Shown here in pieces: positions 34,724-44,596 of a DNA stretch of 64,000 nucleotides. The translations under genes were made by a program, and so were the position numbers. Source of the stretch: an uncultured delta proteobacterium (GTDB taxonomy: Bacteria; Myxococcota; Myxococcia; Myxococcales; Anaeromyxobacteraceae); assembly GCA_963766715.1 (NCBI GenBank), contig CAVYBH010000011.1, forward strand, positions 181,957 to 245,956. Direction: 5' to 3'. The notes beneath the pieces are model-generated. The model made no database searches, was not told the DNA's origin, and saw only the letters and a program-made list of their open reading frames with translations. How positions within the stretch are numbered: the first letter of the stretch is position 1; each line of letters begins with the position of its first letter.

Positions 34724-35356
34724 ATGCGCCTCGCGCTCGCCGTCGCCACCTGGGCGCTCGTGTCCACGTTCCATCAGGGGCGCCTCTACCGCATGGAGCG
34801 CGAGGATTCCGACGTGGTCGCGCTGCGCGCCGAGGGCACGGTGAAGGCCCCCGCATGGGCCGTGCGCGACGTGCTCCGCCGGGCCTTCGAGAGCGACCGA
34901 CTGAGCCCCTACCTGGCGCACCGCAAGGTGCTCCACGCCGAGGCGTGCCGCGAAGGCGCCAAGGACCTGCCCGGGTGCCGGAAGATCTGGGTCTACGAGC
35001 GGTACGAGCCGCCGCTGGTGGGAGCGCGAGATTACGCCTTCCGGATGGAGGTCGTGGTCGACGACGTGGAGGACGGGGGAGACTTCGAGCTGCGCTGGAC
35101 CCTCGACGAGAGCCACGGCGCGCCTCCCGACGGCGCGACGCACATGGTCCGCAACACCGGCGGCTGGGAGATCTCGCCCGCCGCCGGCGGAGAGAGCCGC
35201 TTCCGCTACCAGATCGACATCGACCCGGGCGGGGGCGTGCCGTCCTGGGTGATCAACATGGCCAACAAGTCCCAGGTGCCGTCGGTGATCGCCGCCGTCG
35301 AGGACGAGGCCCAGAAGCTCGCCGTCAAAAGAGCTCGTAGCGCAGGCCGGCCGTGA
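34724..35356 (+). CDS. START/SRPBCC-like lipid-binding domain protein
   Basis: PPLVGARDY, GGWEI, IDPGGGVPSWVIN typical of START domains. Confidence 0.75.
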   Translation: MRLALAVATWALVSTFHQGRLYRMEREDSDVVALRAEGTVKAPAWAVRDVLRRAFESDRLSPYLAHRKVLHAEACREGAKDLPGCRKIWVYERYEPPLVGARDYAFRMEVVVDDVEDGGDFELRWTLDESHGAPPDGATHMVRNTGGWEISPAAGGESRFRYQIDIDPGGGVPSWVINMANKSQVPSVIAAVEDEAQKLAVKRARSAGRP

Positions 35357-36251
35357 CCACCGGGCCGATGGTCTGCACGCCGTTCAGCTTGGTCGCGAAC
35401 GGGAGCTGGGCCTTGGCGAAGAGCCACCCGCCCGGGAAGACGTTCACGTAGGCCGCGGGCACCGCCGCGAGCACGAAGCCGCCGGTGCTCTCCACCTCGA
35501 CGCCGTTGTCGACGTCCGACCCGGCCGCGCGCCCGTCCACGGCGAGCGCCAGCGCGAGCCAGTCGAGCGGCTGGTACTGCCCCGCCACCGTCCACAGCGC
35601 CGCCGCGCCGAACCGGTAGCCGTAGGAGTTGACCGTTCGGTAGAGCCCCCACACGCCGGCGTAGCCGCTCCAGAGGTCGCCCTGCAGCCGGTAGAAGAGC
35701 CCGACGTTCGGCCCCCATCCGCCGGTGCCGACCTGGCCGTGCTCGTCCACGCGCACGCCGTCCGCGTCGACGGCCGAGTTGTTGCCGGTGGGGGCGAAGG
35801 TGGAGGCCGACACGGAGAGGGAGTGGTGGAGGCGGTTGCCGAGGTCGATCTCGTCCCAGAAGAACCAGCGCAGGCCGAACTGCATGTCGCCGAAGCCGTT
35901 CAGGTTGGACGAGGGCATGATGGTCCCGTCGGGCATCTCCATCTGCATGTTCTTCCAGACCCACGGCAGGGTGACGACGAGATTCAGGTTCGTGATCGGC
36001 GTGTAGGAGATCGTGAGGAGCACCGAGTACTGGTTCAACACGTCGGTGGTGCCCGGCTCCTCGCCCCCGGCCTTCTGGTAGAGCCACTGGCCGTCGAGCT
36101 CCAGCCCGAGCTGGCCGGCGGGACCGGCGACCTGGCCGACCCCGACCAGGGGATCGCCGCAGCCGCAGACCGAGCAGGCGAGGGCCGGGGAGGCCGCGGC
36201 GAGGAGCGAGCCGGCCACCGTGAGCGCCGCGAACCGAGCGAGAATCTTCAT
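35325..36251 (-). CDS. outer-membrane beta-barrel (MetA-pathway/transporter-like) with N-terminal CxxCxC
   Basis: Signal peptide ...SPALA then CSVCGCGDP; GFGD, APTG, QVGTGG; C-terminal LRYELF. Confidence 0.75.
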   Translation of the reverse strand: MKILARFAALTVAGSLLAAASPALACSVCGCGDPLVGVGQVAGPAGQLGLELDGQWLYQKAGGEEPGTTDVLNQYSVLLTISYTPITNLNLVVTLPWVWKNMQMEMPDGTIMPSSNLNGFGDMQFGLRWFFWDEIDLGNRLHHSLSVSASTFAPTGNNSAVDADGVRVDEHGQVGTGGWGPNVGLFYRLQGDLWSGYAGVWGLYRTVNSYGYRFGAAALWTVAGQYQPLDWLALALAVDGRAAGSDVDNGVEVESTGGFVLAAVPAAYVNVFPGGWLFAKAQLPFATKLNGVQTIGPVVTAGLRYELF

Positions 36252-36358
36252 CGACCTGAGACCTCCATGCCCTCGCTTACACCGGAGCCCTACACTGCCG
36301 CCACCGATCGGATGCGACAAGGTGCCGCAGGTCCCGTGAACGCATTACATCGGACCCC

Positions 36359-37300
36359 ATGCGCATCGCCGTCATCGGGGCCGGAGGGGTCGGTGGGGTC
36401 TTCGGGGGGCTGCTCGCCCGTTCGGAGAACGAGGTGGCCTTCGTGGCCCGGGGGGAGCACCTCGCGGCCATCCGGGCCCAGGGGCTCCGGGTGCACGGAC
36501 CGTGGGGAACCTTCACCGTCCAGCCCGGCGCCGCGCCGGTGCCGGGGGAGCTGTCGCCCCCGGGTCCCTTCGACGCCGTGCTCGTGGCGCTGAAGGCCGG
36601 GCAGGTGCGCGAGATGGCGCCCCTCCTGCGGCCGCTGGTGGGGCCGGAGACGGTGGTCGTCCCCCTCCAGAACGGCGTCGAGGCCGCGGCGATCCTGGCC
36701 GAGGCGCTGGGGCCCGGCCCGGTGGCCGGCGGGTTCTGCCAGGTCTTCGCCTGGCGGGAGGGACCGGGCGAGGTGCGCACCACCGGGACGCCGCTCCAGG
36801 TCACCCTCGGGGAGCGGTCGGGCGGGGGAAGCGCCCGCCTCGAGCGGCTCGCCGAGGCCATCCGCGCGTCGGGCGCGGCTGCCGCGGTGGTCGACGACAT
36901 CCTCACCGCCACCTGGGAGAAGTTCCTCTTCATCGACCCCTTCGGCAGCGTGGGCGCGGCGGCCCGGGCGCCGCTGGGCGTGATGCGCACCGAGCCCCGG
37001 ACCCGCGCGCTGCTCGTCGCCGCGCTGGAGGAGGTGGCGGCCGTGGGGCGGGCGCACGGTGCGAGGCTGGGCGAGGACGCGGTGGCGAGGACGCTCGCGC
37101 GCTACGACGAGCTCCCGCCCACGGCCACCGCGTCGATGCAGCGGGACGTGACGGCCGGCCGCCCGTCCGAGCTCCTCGAGCAGACGGGCGCGGTGGTGCG
37201 CCTCGGAGAGGAGGCCGGCGTTCCGGTGCCGGTCCACCGCTTCCTCCTCGCGGCGCTCCTCCCGCAGGAGTCGGCGGCGCGGGCTGGCGGATCGCGGTAG
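36359..37300 (+). CDS. panE: 2-dehydropantoate 2-reductase
   Basis: GAGGVGG, LQNGV, WEKFLF, ASMQRD, GRPSEL. Confidence 0.9.
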   Translation: MRIAVIGAGGVGGVFGGLLARSENEVAFVARGEHLAAIRAQGLRVHGPWGTFTVQPGAAPVPGELSPPGPFDAVLVALKAGQVREMAPLLRPLVGPETVVVPLQNGVEAAAILAEALGPGPVAGGFCQVFAWREGPGEVRTTGTPLQVTLGERSGGGSARLERLAEAIRASGAAAAVVDDILTATWEKFLFIDPFGSVGAAARAPLGVMRTEPRTRALLVAALEEVAAVGRAHGARLGEDAVARTLARYDELPPTATASMQRDVTAGRPSELLEQTGAVVRLGEEAGVPVPVHRFLLAALLPQESAARAGGSR

Positions 37301-37311
37301 ATTGGCGGGCG

Positions 37312-38977
37312 ATGCGAACCGCACCCTACCGGTCCCTCCTTCTCGCGGCGTTCCTCTCCCTTTCCGCGGCCTGCGGCGGCAGCGGAGGCGGCAGCAGCGC
37401 CGTGGTCACCGTGTCTCCCGCGAGTCCCGGCGTCGTCACCGGGGGAGCGTTCCAGTTCACGGCCAGCGTGACCGGCGTGAGCGACGCCTCGGTGACCTGG
37501 TCGGTGCAGGAGGGCGACGCCGGGGGCACCATCTCCCCGACCGGCGTCTACCGGGCGCCGGCGACCGTGGGGAGCTACCACGTGGTCGCGACCAGCGTCG
37601 CCGCCCCTTCGAGCAGGGGGTCGACGCCCGTCTTCGTCGTCGCGCCCGCCGTGTGCACTCCCTCCGCCCCGCAGCCGAGCGCCCTTCCGGCGGCGCGGGT
37701 CCTCGCGCTCGGCGTGCACGCGGTCGGCGAGACGGTGAGCTTCCAGGTGCCGGCCGGCACGGGGAGCGTGACCCTGGTCCAGCAGGGGGCGGAGCCGCTC
37801 GCGGCCCCGTCGATCACCTTCCAGGGCACCAGCTATCCCAACACCGTGGTGCCCGGCACCATCGCCGTGAACGGGACGCTCTTCTACAACCAGGCCGTCG
37901 CGCCACCCGCGAACCCCGCCACCTGGGGCAGTCCGGGCGGGATCGGCTCCATGTACTTCGAGTCCTCGTCCCCGTGGACCGGAACGGCGACCGTGCCCAA
38001 CACCTCCAACGCGCTCGAGTACGTGGCCGCGAACGGCGGGGTGCCCTCCGGCACCTGGTCGGTCAAGATCTTCGACTACGCCTCGGGCTGCGCGAAGCCC
38101 TCCTGCACCGTGGGTGACGGCACCACGAAGTATCCGCCCGGCAGGTACGACCTGAAGGTCCTCCTGAAGCCCGGCACGGTGGGCGCCACCGGGCGCCATC
38201 GACGTGACGGTCTACCTGGTCACCGACCGGTACACGGCGGCGAGCGCCGCGACCGACCCGTCCATGACGCGCATGGGCGTCACCCTCGGCACGCTCCTCG
38301 CGCGCGCGGGGCTGACGCTCGGCTCCCTGGCCTTCGTCGACCTGCCCCAGAGCGTGAAGGCCCAGTACAGGACCGGAGTGGACGCGGACGACCGGAGCGC
38401 GTGCGGCGAGGTCGCCACCATCCTGAGCCTGTCGAACCCGGGCAACGCCATGAACCTGTTCCTGGTGAACAGCCTGGTCTCGGCCGAGCAGGGCGGGACC
38501 ACCATCGTCGGGATCGACGGGACCATCCCCGGCCCGGCCTCGGTGGGCGGAACGGTGGCGAGCGGGGCGCTGGTCTCGGTGGCGGACCTGAGAGGGGGCG
38601 GCACGGCCGCCTGCACCGGGGCGATGAACTTCCAGGGCTGCGGCGCCGACCGGACCGCCTACATCGCGGCCCACGAGTCCGGTCACGCGCTCGGCCTCTA
38701 CCACGACACCGAGTGGACCGGGACCACCTTCGATCCGGTGAAGGACACGCCCATCTGCGACTGCAAGCTGTGCGCGCTCGACAAGACGAGCTGCTACGCC
38801 GGCACGCAGACCCCCACGACCTACCAGATGACGAACGCGGACTGCACGACCTTCCCGGCCACCACCTGCGGCGGCGGCGAGAACCTCATGTTCTGGCTGT
38901 TCGACGCGACCCAGTCCACCGGCACCCTCTCGCCCGAGCAGCAGCGAATCATGCGGGCCAATCCGCTCGTCCAGTAG
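37312..38977 (+). CDS. lipoprotein with Ig-like domain and metzincin zinc metalloprotease domain (frameshift near 38195)
   Basis: Lipobox LSAAC; Ig-like VTVSP...VTWSV...GVYRAP; HESGHALGLYH; Met-turn ENLMF. Confidence 0.85.
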
Positions 38978-38985
38978 GAGCCACC

Positions 38986-39525
38986 ATGAACACGACCCTC
39001 GCGCTCCTCGCCGCCTCCCTGCTCGCCGCCACCGGCATGTCCGACGCCGAGGTCCGCGCGCACGCCGAGGCGCTCCTCGGCGCCATCGACCGCCCCATCC
39101 CCGCCGCCACCTGGAAGGCGCTCGGACCGGCGGCCGTCCCGGTGCTCGCCGAGATCGCCGCCTCGGAGAGCCGCATGCCCTCGACCCGCTCGGCCGCGCT
39201 CGGGGCCCTCACCGCCGCCGACCCGGTACGCGCCGAGCCGCTCGCCCGCGCCCTCGTCGACGACGGCGCCGCACCGCTGACCGTGCGGGAGACGGCCGTG
39301 CGGATGCTGGGGCGGGTGCTCCAGCCGGCCGGCCTCCGCGCCGCACTGACCCCGGTGCTGCGGGCCGCCGGCGAGCCCGGGCTGCGGTCCGTGGCCGCCG
39401 AGACGCTCGCCCGGCACGCCCCCGCCGACGCCTGCGCCGAGGTGATGGACCAGATCTCGCTCGAGCCGGAGTCGGGCCGCCCGGCGTTCCACCGCTCGGC
39501 CGCGATCTGCGCCGGGAAGCGCTAG
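38986..39525 (+). CDS. secreted HEAT-repeat-like protein
   Basis: SD GGAG; signal peptide; LGPAAVPVL, RSAALGAL, VRETAVRML, RSVAAETL helical repeats. Confidence 0.7.
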   Translation: MNTTLALLAASLLAATGMSDAEVRAHAEALLGAIDRPIPAATWKALGPAAVPVLAEIAASESRMPSTRSAALGALTAADPVRAEPLARALVDDGAAPLTVRETAVRMLGRVLQPAGLRAALTPVLRAAGEPGLRSVAAETLARHAPADACAEVMDQISLEPESGRPAFHRSAAICAGKR

Positions 39526-39545
39526 CGACCCAGGGTGCTAGCGAC

Positions 39546-41297
39546 TCAGACGGTGTCCCAGCCGTAGCCTTCCTTCTGGAAGGCGTGGTCGGCCACCAGC
39601 TTCACCAGCTCGTCGTCGTTGTCGTCGATGCGGTTCAGGTTGCTCCGCATGCGGCGCCGCGCCCGGCCGGCGAAGATCTCGAGGATGGCGAGCTCCTGGG
39701 CGGAGGCCTCCTCGCCCTTGTCCTCCACCGCCGAGTTCACGCGGGAGAGCACCGCCGACAGCACGTAGAGGTCGATGAGGATGTCGGCGAGCCGGTGGGT
39801 GGCGAACTGCTTGCCCACCACCTTGCCCCCGTGCTTGCGGAGGATCCGGTCGGCGGCCAGCGCCACGTCGCGCGTGCCCTCCTCCACGACGGTGGCGGCC
39901 TTCTTCACCGCCGGCGTGAGGAGCGTGAAGGTGCGCTTGTCGCCGACCAGGCCGGTGGCCAGCGAGGCGCGCTTGCGGGCGTAGCCGGAGAGCACCCCGA
40001 AGCCCTTGATGGGATCGGCGACGCCGTTCTTCACCACCCCGGCCAGCTCCTTCAGCTGCTGGCCGACGTCGTTCATGGCGGTGAGCGCGATGAAGAGGCG
40101 CAGGATCTCGTTCGTTCCCTCGAAGATCCGGTTGATGCGGCAGTCCCGCACCGCCTTCTCGTAGGGGAACTCCTTCATGAAGCCGTTTCCGCCGGCGATC
40201 TGCAGCGCCTCGTCGGAGACCCGCCAGAGCGCCTCGGTGGCGAAGACCTTGGAGATGGCGGCCTCGACCGCGAAGTCCTCGTAGCCCTGGTCGATGATCC
40301 CGGCCACCAGGCTCACCACCGACTCGGCGGCGAAGGCGTCCACCACCATCATCCCCACCTTCTCCTTGATCATGCCGAACTCGGAGATGGGGCGGCCGAA
40401 CTGCTGCCGCTCGACGGCCTGCTTCGCCGAGAGCGCGATGAGCTTCTTCATGCCGCCCACCGACCCGCCCCCGAGGCCGGTGCGCCCGGCGTTCAGGATG
40501 CGCATGGCCGCCTTGAAGCCCTGACCCACGCCGCCCAGCACGTGGTCGCCCGGCACCCGGACCTCGTCGAGCCGGACGGTGGTGGTGGAGCTGGCCCGGA
40601 TCCCCATCTTGTCCTCGTGGGGACCGGTGGAGACGCCGGCCATGTCGCGCGTGACCACGAAGGCGGTCAGCGCCGCCTTGCCCTTCGACTGCACGTCCGG
40701 GGTCTTGGCGAAGACGGTGAAGAAGTCGGCCATGCCGCCGTTCGTGATCCAGATCTTCTCGCCGTTCAGGATCCAGTCGTTGCCGTCGCGGCGCGCGGTG
40801 GTGCGGACCGCGGCGGCGTCGGAGCCGGCGCCCGGCTCGGTGAGGCAGAAGGCGGCGATCATCTCGCCGGTGGTGAGCTTCGGCAGCCAGCGGGCCTTCT
40901 GCGCGTCGGTGCCGAAGAGGAGCAGGCCGCGCATGCCGATGGAGCTGTGGGCCCCCACCGTGAGGGCGACCGACCCGTCGAAGGTGGCGATCTCCTGGAG
41001 CACCCGCGAGTAGGCGGTCGAGCCGAACCCGATGCCGCCGTGGGCCTCCGGGATGACGAGGCCGAAGAGGCCGAACTGGCGCAGCTCCTCGACGAAGGCG
41101 CCGGGCATCTCGGCCTTCACGTCCCATTCCCGGAACTCCTTCTCCCGCCCCGACAGGAGCTGGCGGACCGAGGCGAGCACCTGGCCGAGGGTCTCCTTCT
41201 CGCCCGATTCCATCTCGGGGAAGGGAACGATGATCTCCTGCTCGATCTCCCCCATGCAGAGGGACTGGACGTAGCTGGCGGTCTTCTTGTCGGGCAC
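39546..41297 (-). CDS. acyl-CoA dehydrogenase (ACAD9/VLCAD-like)
   Basis: AFCLTEPGAGSDA, NGEKIWITNG, KMGIRASST, RQQFGRPI, RIFEGTNEI; SD GGAGG before GTG. Confidence 0.93.
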   Translation of the reverse strand: MPDKKTASYVQSLCMGEIEQEIIVPFPEMESGEKETLGQVLASVRQLLSGREKEFREWDVKAEMPGAFVEELRQFGLFGLVIPEAHGGIGFGSTAYSRVLQEIATFDGSVALTVGAHSSIGMRGLLLFGTDAQKARWLPKLTTGEMIAAFCLTEPGAGSDAAAVRTTARRDGNDWILNGEKIWITNGGMADFFTVFAKTPDVQSKGKAALTAFVVTRDMAGVSTGPHEDKMGIRASSTTTVRLDEVRVPGDHVLGGVGQGFKAAMRILNAGRTGLGGGSVGGMKKLIALSAKQAVERQQFGRPISEFGMIKEKVGMMVVDAFAAESVVSLVAGIIDQGYEDFAVEAAISKVFATEALWRVSDEALQIAGGNGFMKEFPYEKAVRDCRINRIFEGTNEILRLFIALTAMNDVGQQLKELAGVVKNGVADPIKGFGVLSGYARKRASLATGLVGDKRTFTLLTPAVKKAATVVEEGTRDVALAADRILRKHGGKVVGKQFATHRLADILIDLYVLSAVLSRVNSAVEDKGEEASAQELAILEIFAGRARRRMRSNLNRIDDNDDELVKLVADHAFQKEGYGWDTV

Positions 41298-41362
41298 GGT
41301 GGCCTCCTGATTCAAGAATCAATATTTTGACGCGATGCGGCAGCCGGCGCAACGGGGGATCG

Positions 41363-41394
41363 AAAAAAAAGACGCCCGGCCGGGACCGGGCGTC
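41363..41394 (-). terminator. rho-independent terminator
   Basis: GACGCCCGG/CCGGGCGTC 9-bp stem followed by a U8 tract on the minus strand, downstream of the DUF481-like gene. Confidence 0.85.
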
Positions 41395-41427
41395 GGATCC
41401 GGCGGCCTCTCGGGGCCTTTGGCCGGT

Positions 41428-42349
41428 CTAGAGCAGCTTGTAGACGAGCACGAGCTCGGTGAAGGTGTCCCAGGGGTTGGCGAGCGGCTGGTAGCCGGCC
41501 GCCCAGGAGAAGCCGGACGGCGGCGGCTTGGGCGCGGGCGCCGAGTCGTAGAGGGCGCGGAAGCGGAAGCCCAGGCTGCCGTCCCCGAAGATCTTCCAGG
41601 TCACGCCCACCTTGCCCACCGCGCGGTTGTCCCCGAACGATCCCACCCGGCCGGTGGGCGTCTCCTCGGCGTTCAGGTTGCCGAGGTACTCCACGCTGGC
41701 GTTGTAGGAGAGGTCCGGCGTGGGGTTGCCCAGGTAGCCCAGGTAGGCGCGGACCGCCGCGATGTTGATCGAGTTGGGCGTGCCCACGACGTAGCGCTGG
41801 TAGGTGTAGTCGAGGCCCAGCTCGCCCACGAGCTCGCTCGTCGCCGTCTTGTAGAGGGCCCGGGAGTAGCCGGCCTGGGCGCCGCCCACGAACTGCTTGC
41901 CGGCCGGGATGTCGCCGCCGGCGAAGACGAAGGCGTAGACCGCGTTCAGGCCGAAGAAGTGGTCGTAGCGCAGCTTGGTGCCCCAGGCCTCGCTCACGCT
42001 CTGGGTGATGTCGAAGACCTCGTCGGGCGTGATCACCCCGTCGCGGTTGGTGTCCACGGCCGACTGGATGGTGCTCCGCTGGAACGCGACCATGGCGTCG
42101 AAGGCGAGCAGGTCGTTCTGCGTGAACCGGTGCGAGACCATGCCGGCGCCCGACAGGTTGAGGGCCTGCGCGTTCCCGGTGGTCATGCCGAAGCCGGCGG
42201 TCACCGAGGCCGCCCAGTCCGGCATCTTCACGATCTCGTCCTTCTTGCCCCAGGCGAACTTGGGGTCGTCGGCGAGCGAAGCGGTGGGCAGCAGGGTCGC
42301 GCCGGCGGCGGCCAGGGCGACGACGAGGCGAATGGAACCGGGTGTGCAT
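41428..42349 (-). CDS. DUF481-like outer-membrane beta-barrel (probable indel near the start)
   Basis: Signal peptide, WAASVTAGFGMTTGN, RYDHFF, AGYSRALY, RALYDSAP, C-terminal LVYKLL. Confidence 0.75.
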
Positions 42350-42440
42350 GCGGGGAGCCCTCGAGGTGGAAGTCCGCAGATGCTAGGCAATCCAGCGGGG
42401 AGCCGCTCGATACAGATGGGTGCCGCCGCCTCGACCCGCG

Positions 42441-43346
42441 CTACCGGTCCTCGACGTCGATCCGCCAGCCCATCTGCTCCTCCGCGTCGGGCGGGAGCGG
42501 CCGCGAGCCGGCGCCGGGCAGGCCGGCGCGCACCCGGACCCACGGCGGCCAGCGCCCAGAGCTCCTCCGGAGGGAGGGTCGCGTACGACGGCATGGGCGT
42601 CCCGTCGAGGCCGGTGGCCAGCGTGAGATAGAGGTCGTGCGAGCGAGCCGCCGCGCAGGAAGCGCCCGCCGGAGAACGGCATGGGCCGGATGGGCTTCCC
42701 GCCGTCGCGCCGGAGCGTGGAGGCCGAGGGCCCGTCGCCCTCGCCCGCCTCGCCGTGGCACTTGGCGCATCCGTTCCGCCGCCAGGCCGCCTCGCCCCGG
42801 AGCGACGAGCTCCGGCGTCTCCGCGGGCGTCTCCGGCACCGCCACCGGCTCCCCCGGCCCCTCGTCCCGGAAGCGGGGCGAGAAGCCCTTCACGTGCTCC
42901 AGGACCGCCCACCGCTCCGGCTCGGGAAGCCAGCTCCACGGGATCATCGCGGTGCCGTGGACGCCGCGCGAGACCGAGCGGAAGAGGTCCTCGTCGGTCG
43001 GGAGCTCGCCCGACGGCGTGGACCGGAACTCGTAGACACCCTTCGTGAAGTCCCGCGCCGGAACGGAGAGGCGGGCGGCGTGGATGCCCTTGCCGTTGCC
43101 GTTCACGCCGTGACAGGGGATGCAGCGCAGCCGGTAGACCTCCGCCCCGAGCGCCCGGAACCCGCGTCCGTCCGGGGGTCGCGCACCCGCCGGCGCGCCG
43201 TCGGGCGTCTCCCCGGCCAGCCAGCGCTCGACCGCCGCCCGGGCCGCGGGCGGTACGCCGCGCGTGGCCGGGGGCGGGCGCTCGCAGGCCACGCCGGCGG
43301 CGCCGAGGGCGAGGAGGGCGAGGAGGGCGAGGATCGGGCTTCGCAC
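42441..43346 (-). CDS. di-heme c-type cytochrome lipoprotein (several frameshifts in the 3' half)
   Basis: Lipobox GVAC; CIPCH, ARDFTKG, GVHGTAM; second heme site CAKCH and GLDGTPMPSY in shifted frames. Confidence 0.85.
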   Translation of the reverse strand: MRSPILALLALLALGAAGVACERPPPATRGVPPAARAAVERWLAGETPDGAPAGARPPDGRGFRALGAEVYRLRCIPCHGVNGNGKGIHAARLSVPARDFTKGVYEFRSTPSGELPTDEDLFRSVSRGVHGTAMIPWSWLPEPERWAVLEHVKGFSPRFRDEGPGEPVAVPETPAETPELVAPGRGGLAAERMRQVPRRGGRGRRALGLHAPARRREAHPAHAVLRRALPARRLARTTSISRWPPASTGRPCRRTRPSLRRSSGRWPPWVRVRAGLPGAGSRPLPPDAEEQMGWRIDVEDR

Positions 43347-43355
43347 GCGCGGATC

Positions 43356-44255
43356 CTACCCGGCCTCGTCGCGCCGTGCGCGCAGCGCGTCCCAGGCCTC
43401 CGGCGTCGGGAGCACGGCGGAGCCGGGCGGTCCGAGGAAGCGCTCCGGATCCTCCAGGACGTCCTGGGCGATGCGCAGCGAGCGGGCCGCGTAGAACCCG
43501 TCGTTCACCCGCTCGTCGAGCGTCCAGCGGACCGACAGGAGCTCCCGCACCTCGGTGCCGCCCCGGACCGGGACCACGGTGGGACGGACCGTGCCCACCA
43601 CGCCGAAGATGCTCACCGTCCCGTACTCGTACAGATGGTGAAAGGTGTCCGAGAGCCCGACCGAGCCCAGGTTGGCGAGGAAGAGGCTCGAGAAGAACGG
43701 GTCGTCGCGCATGAGCGCGCCGGGGAGCAGGTTCCAGCGGTCGAGCCAGGCGGCCAGCCCGGTCAGCGCCGAGATGGCGAAGCCCGGCAGCCGCATGAGG
43801 AGCGCGGCCTCCTGGTCGATGCGCCGGGCCTGTCCCCACCGACCCTCGTCGACCGCCTCCGCCACCCGGCGCACCGTCTCCTCGAAGGGCTCCTCGGCCT
43901 CGAACCGGAGCTTCACCGTGGCGAACGGGGCGGGGTCCTTCATCTCCTTCTTGGCGGCGAAGGAGACCGAGACCTCGCGCCGCTGGTAGACCCGGCCGCC
44001 GGAGGCGAAGCGGTTCAGCCCCTTCCGGAGGTGGAGGGCCCGGGCGGAGGCGTACAGGACCAGGTGGAAGAGGGTGGCCCGGGCCTCGTGCGAGCGGTTG
44101 TAGGCCCGCAGCCAGCTCCGGGCCCGCCCCACGTCGTAGAAGGCCTCGTGGTAGACCGCGCTCTCGTTCCGGCGCCGCATGAGGTACGGCACGACCCCGC
44201 GGACCGGCGGCAGGTCGCGGACCAGGTCCCCGTCGGGTCGGCGGAAGAGGGGCAT
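43356..44255 (-). CDS. stand-alone 2-oxoacid dehydrogenase E2 catalytic-domain-like protein
   Basis: RRPDG, NRF, FLANLGSVG, TLDERVNDG; no lipoyl domain. Confidence 0.75.
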   Translation of the reverse strand: MPLFRRPDGDLVRDLPPVRGVVPYLMRRRNESAVYHEAFYDVGRARSWLRAYNRSHEARATLFHLVLYASARALHLRKGLNRFASGGRVYQRREVSVSFAAKKEMKDPAPFATVKLRFEAEEPFEETVRRVAEAVDEGRWGQARRIDQEAALLMRLPGFAISALTGLAAWLDRWNLLPGALMRDDPFFSSLFLANLGSVGLSDTFHHLYEYGTVSIFGVVGTVRPTVVPVRGGTEVRELLSVRWTLDERVNDGFYAARSLRIAQDVLEDPERFLGPPGSAVLPTPEAWDALRARRDEAG

Positions 44256-44352
44256 GGCGCCGAAGACTGGCCACCGCGGCGCCGGGTGTCAACCGGGTCC
44301 GGCCCGCCGATTTCCCCGAGCGAAGCCCGAACGGGGGCGCTACATTCGCGCC

Positions 44353-44517
44353 ATGCGCCCCTCCCGGCGGTTCATCAAGACGGAGCTCATCCTGCCGGAG
44401 ACGGCGCTGGGCAAGGTCGCCGTGATCGTCGGTCTCGTGGTCGGCGGAACCGTCGCCATGACCATGGTCGCGCTCTTCAGCGTCTTCCTCTTCGAGACCT
44501 TCCGGACGCACGGGTAG
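44353..44517 (+). CDS. small single-TM protein
   Basis: MRPSRRFIKTELILPETALGKVAVIVGLVVGGTVAMTMVALFSVFLF; GC3-biased codons. Confidence 0.6.
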   Translation: MRPSRRFIKTELILPETALGKVAVIVGLVVGGTVAMTMVALFSVFLFETFRTHG

Positions 44518-44596
44518 GTTTCTACCCTCGGGGAGCGGCGGGTGGCATGCTGGGATGCCGCCCGGGTACTGCCCGGGGGGCGGGGGGCTTGCTAGC

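Noticed and set aside
36502..39525. Apparent 1007-aa fusion of the Ig lipoprotein and HEAT protein
   Set aside because: Artefact of the indel near 38195; the protease domain is in another frame and the HEAT gene has its own SD and signal peptide
44543..44559. sigma54 promoter TGGCATGC...TGC before the PilZ gene
   Set aside because: GG-to-GC spacing is 11 rather than the required 10 nt
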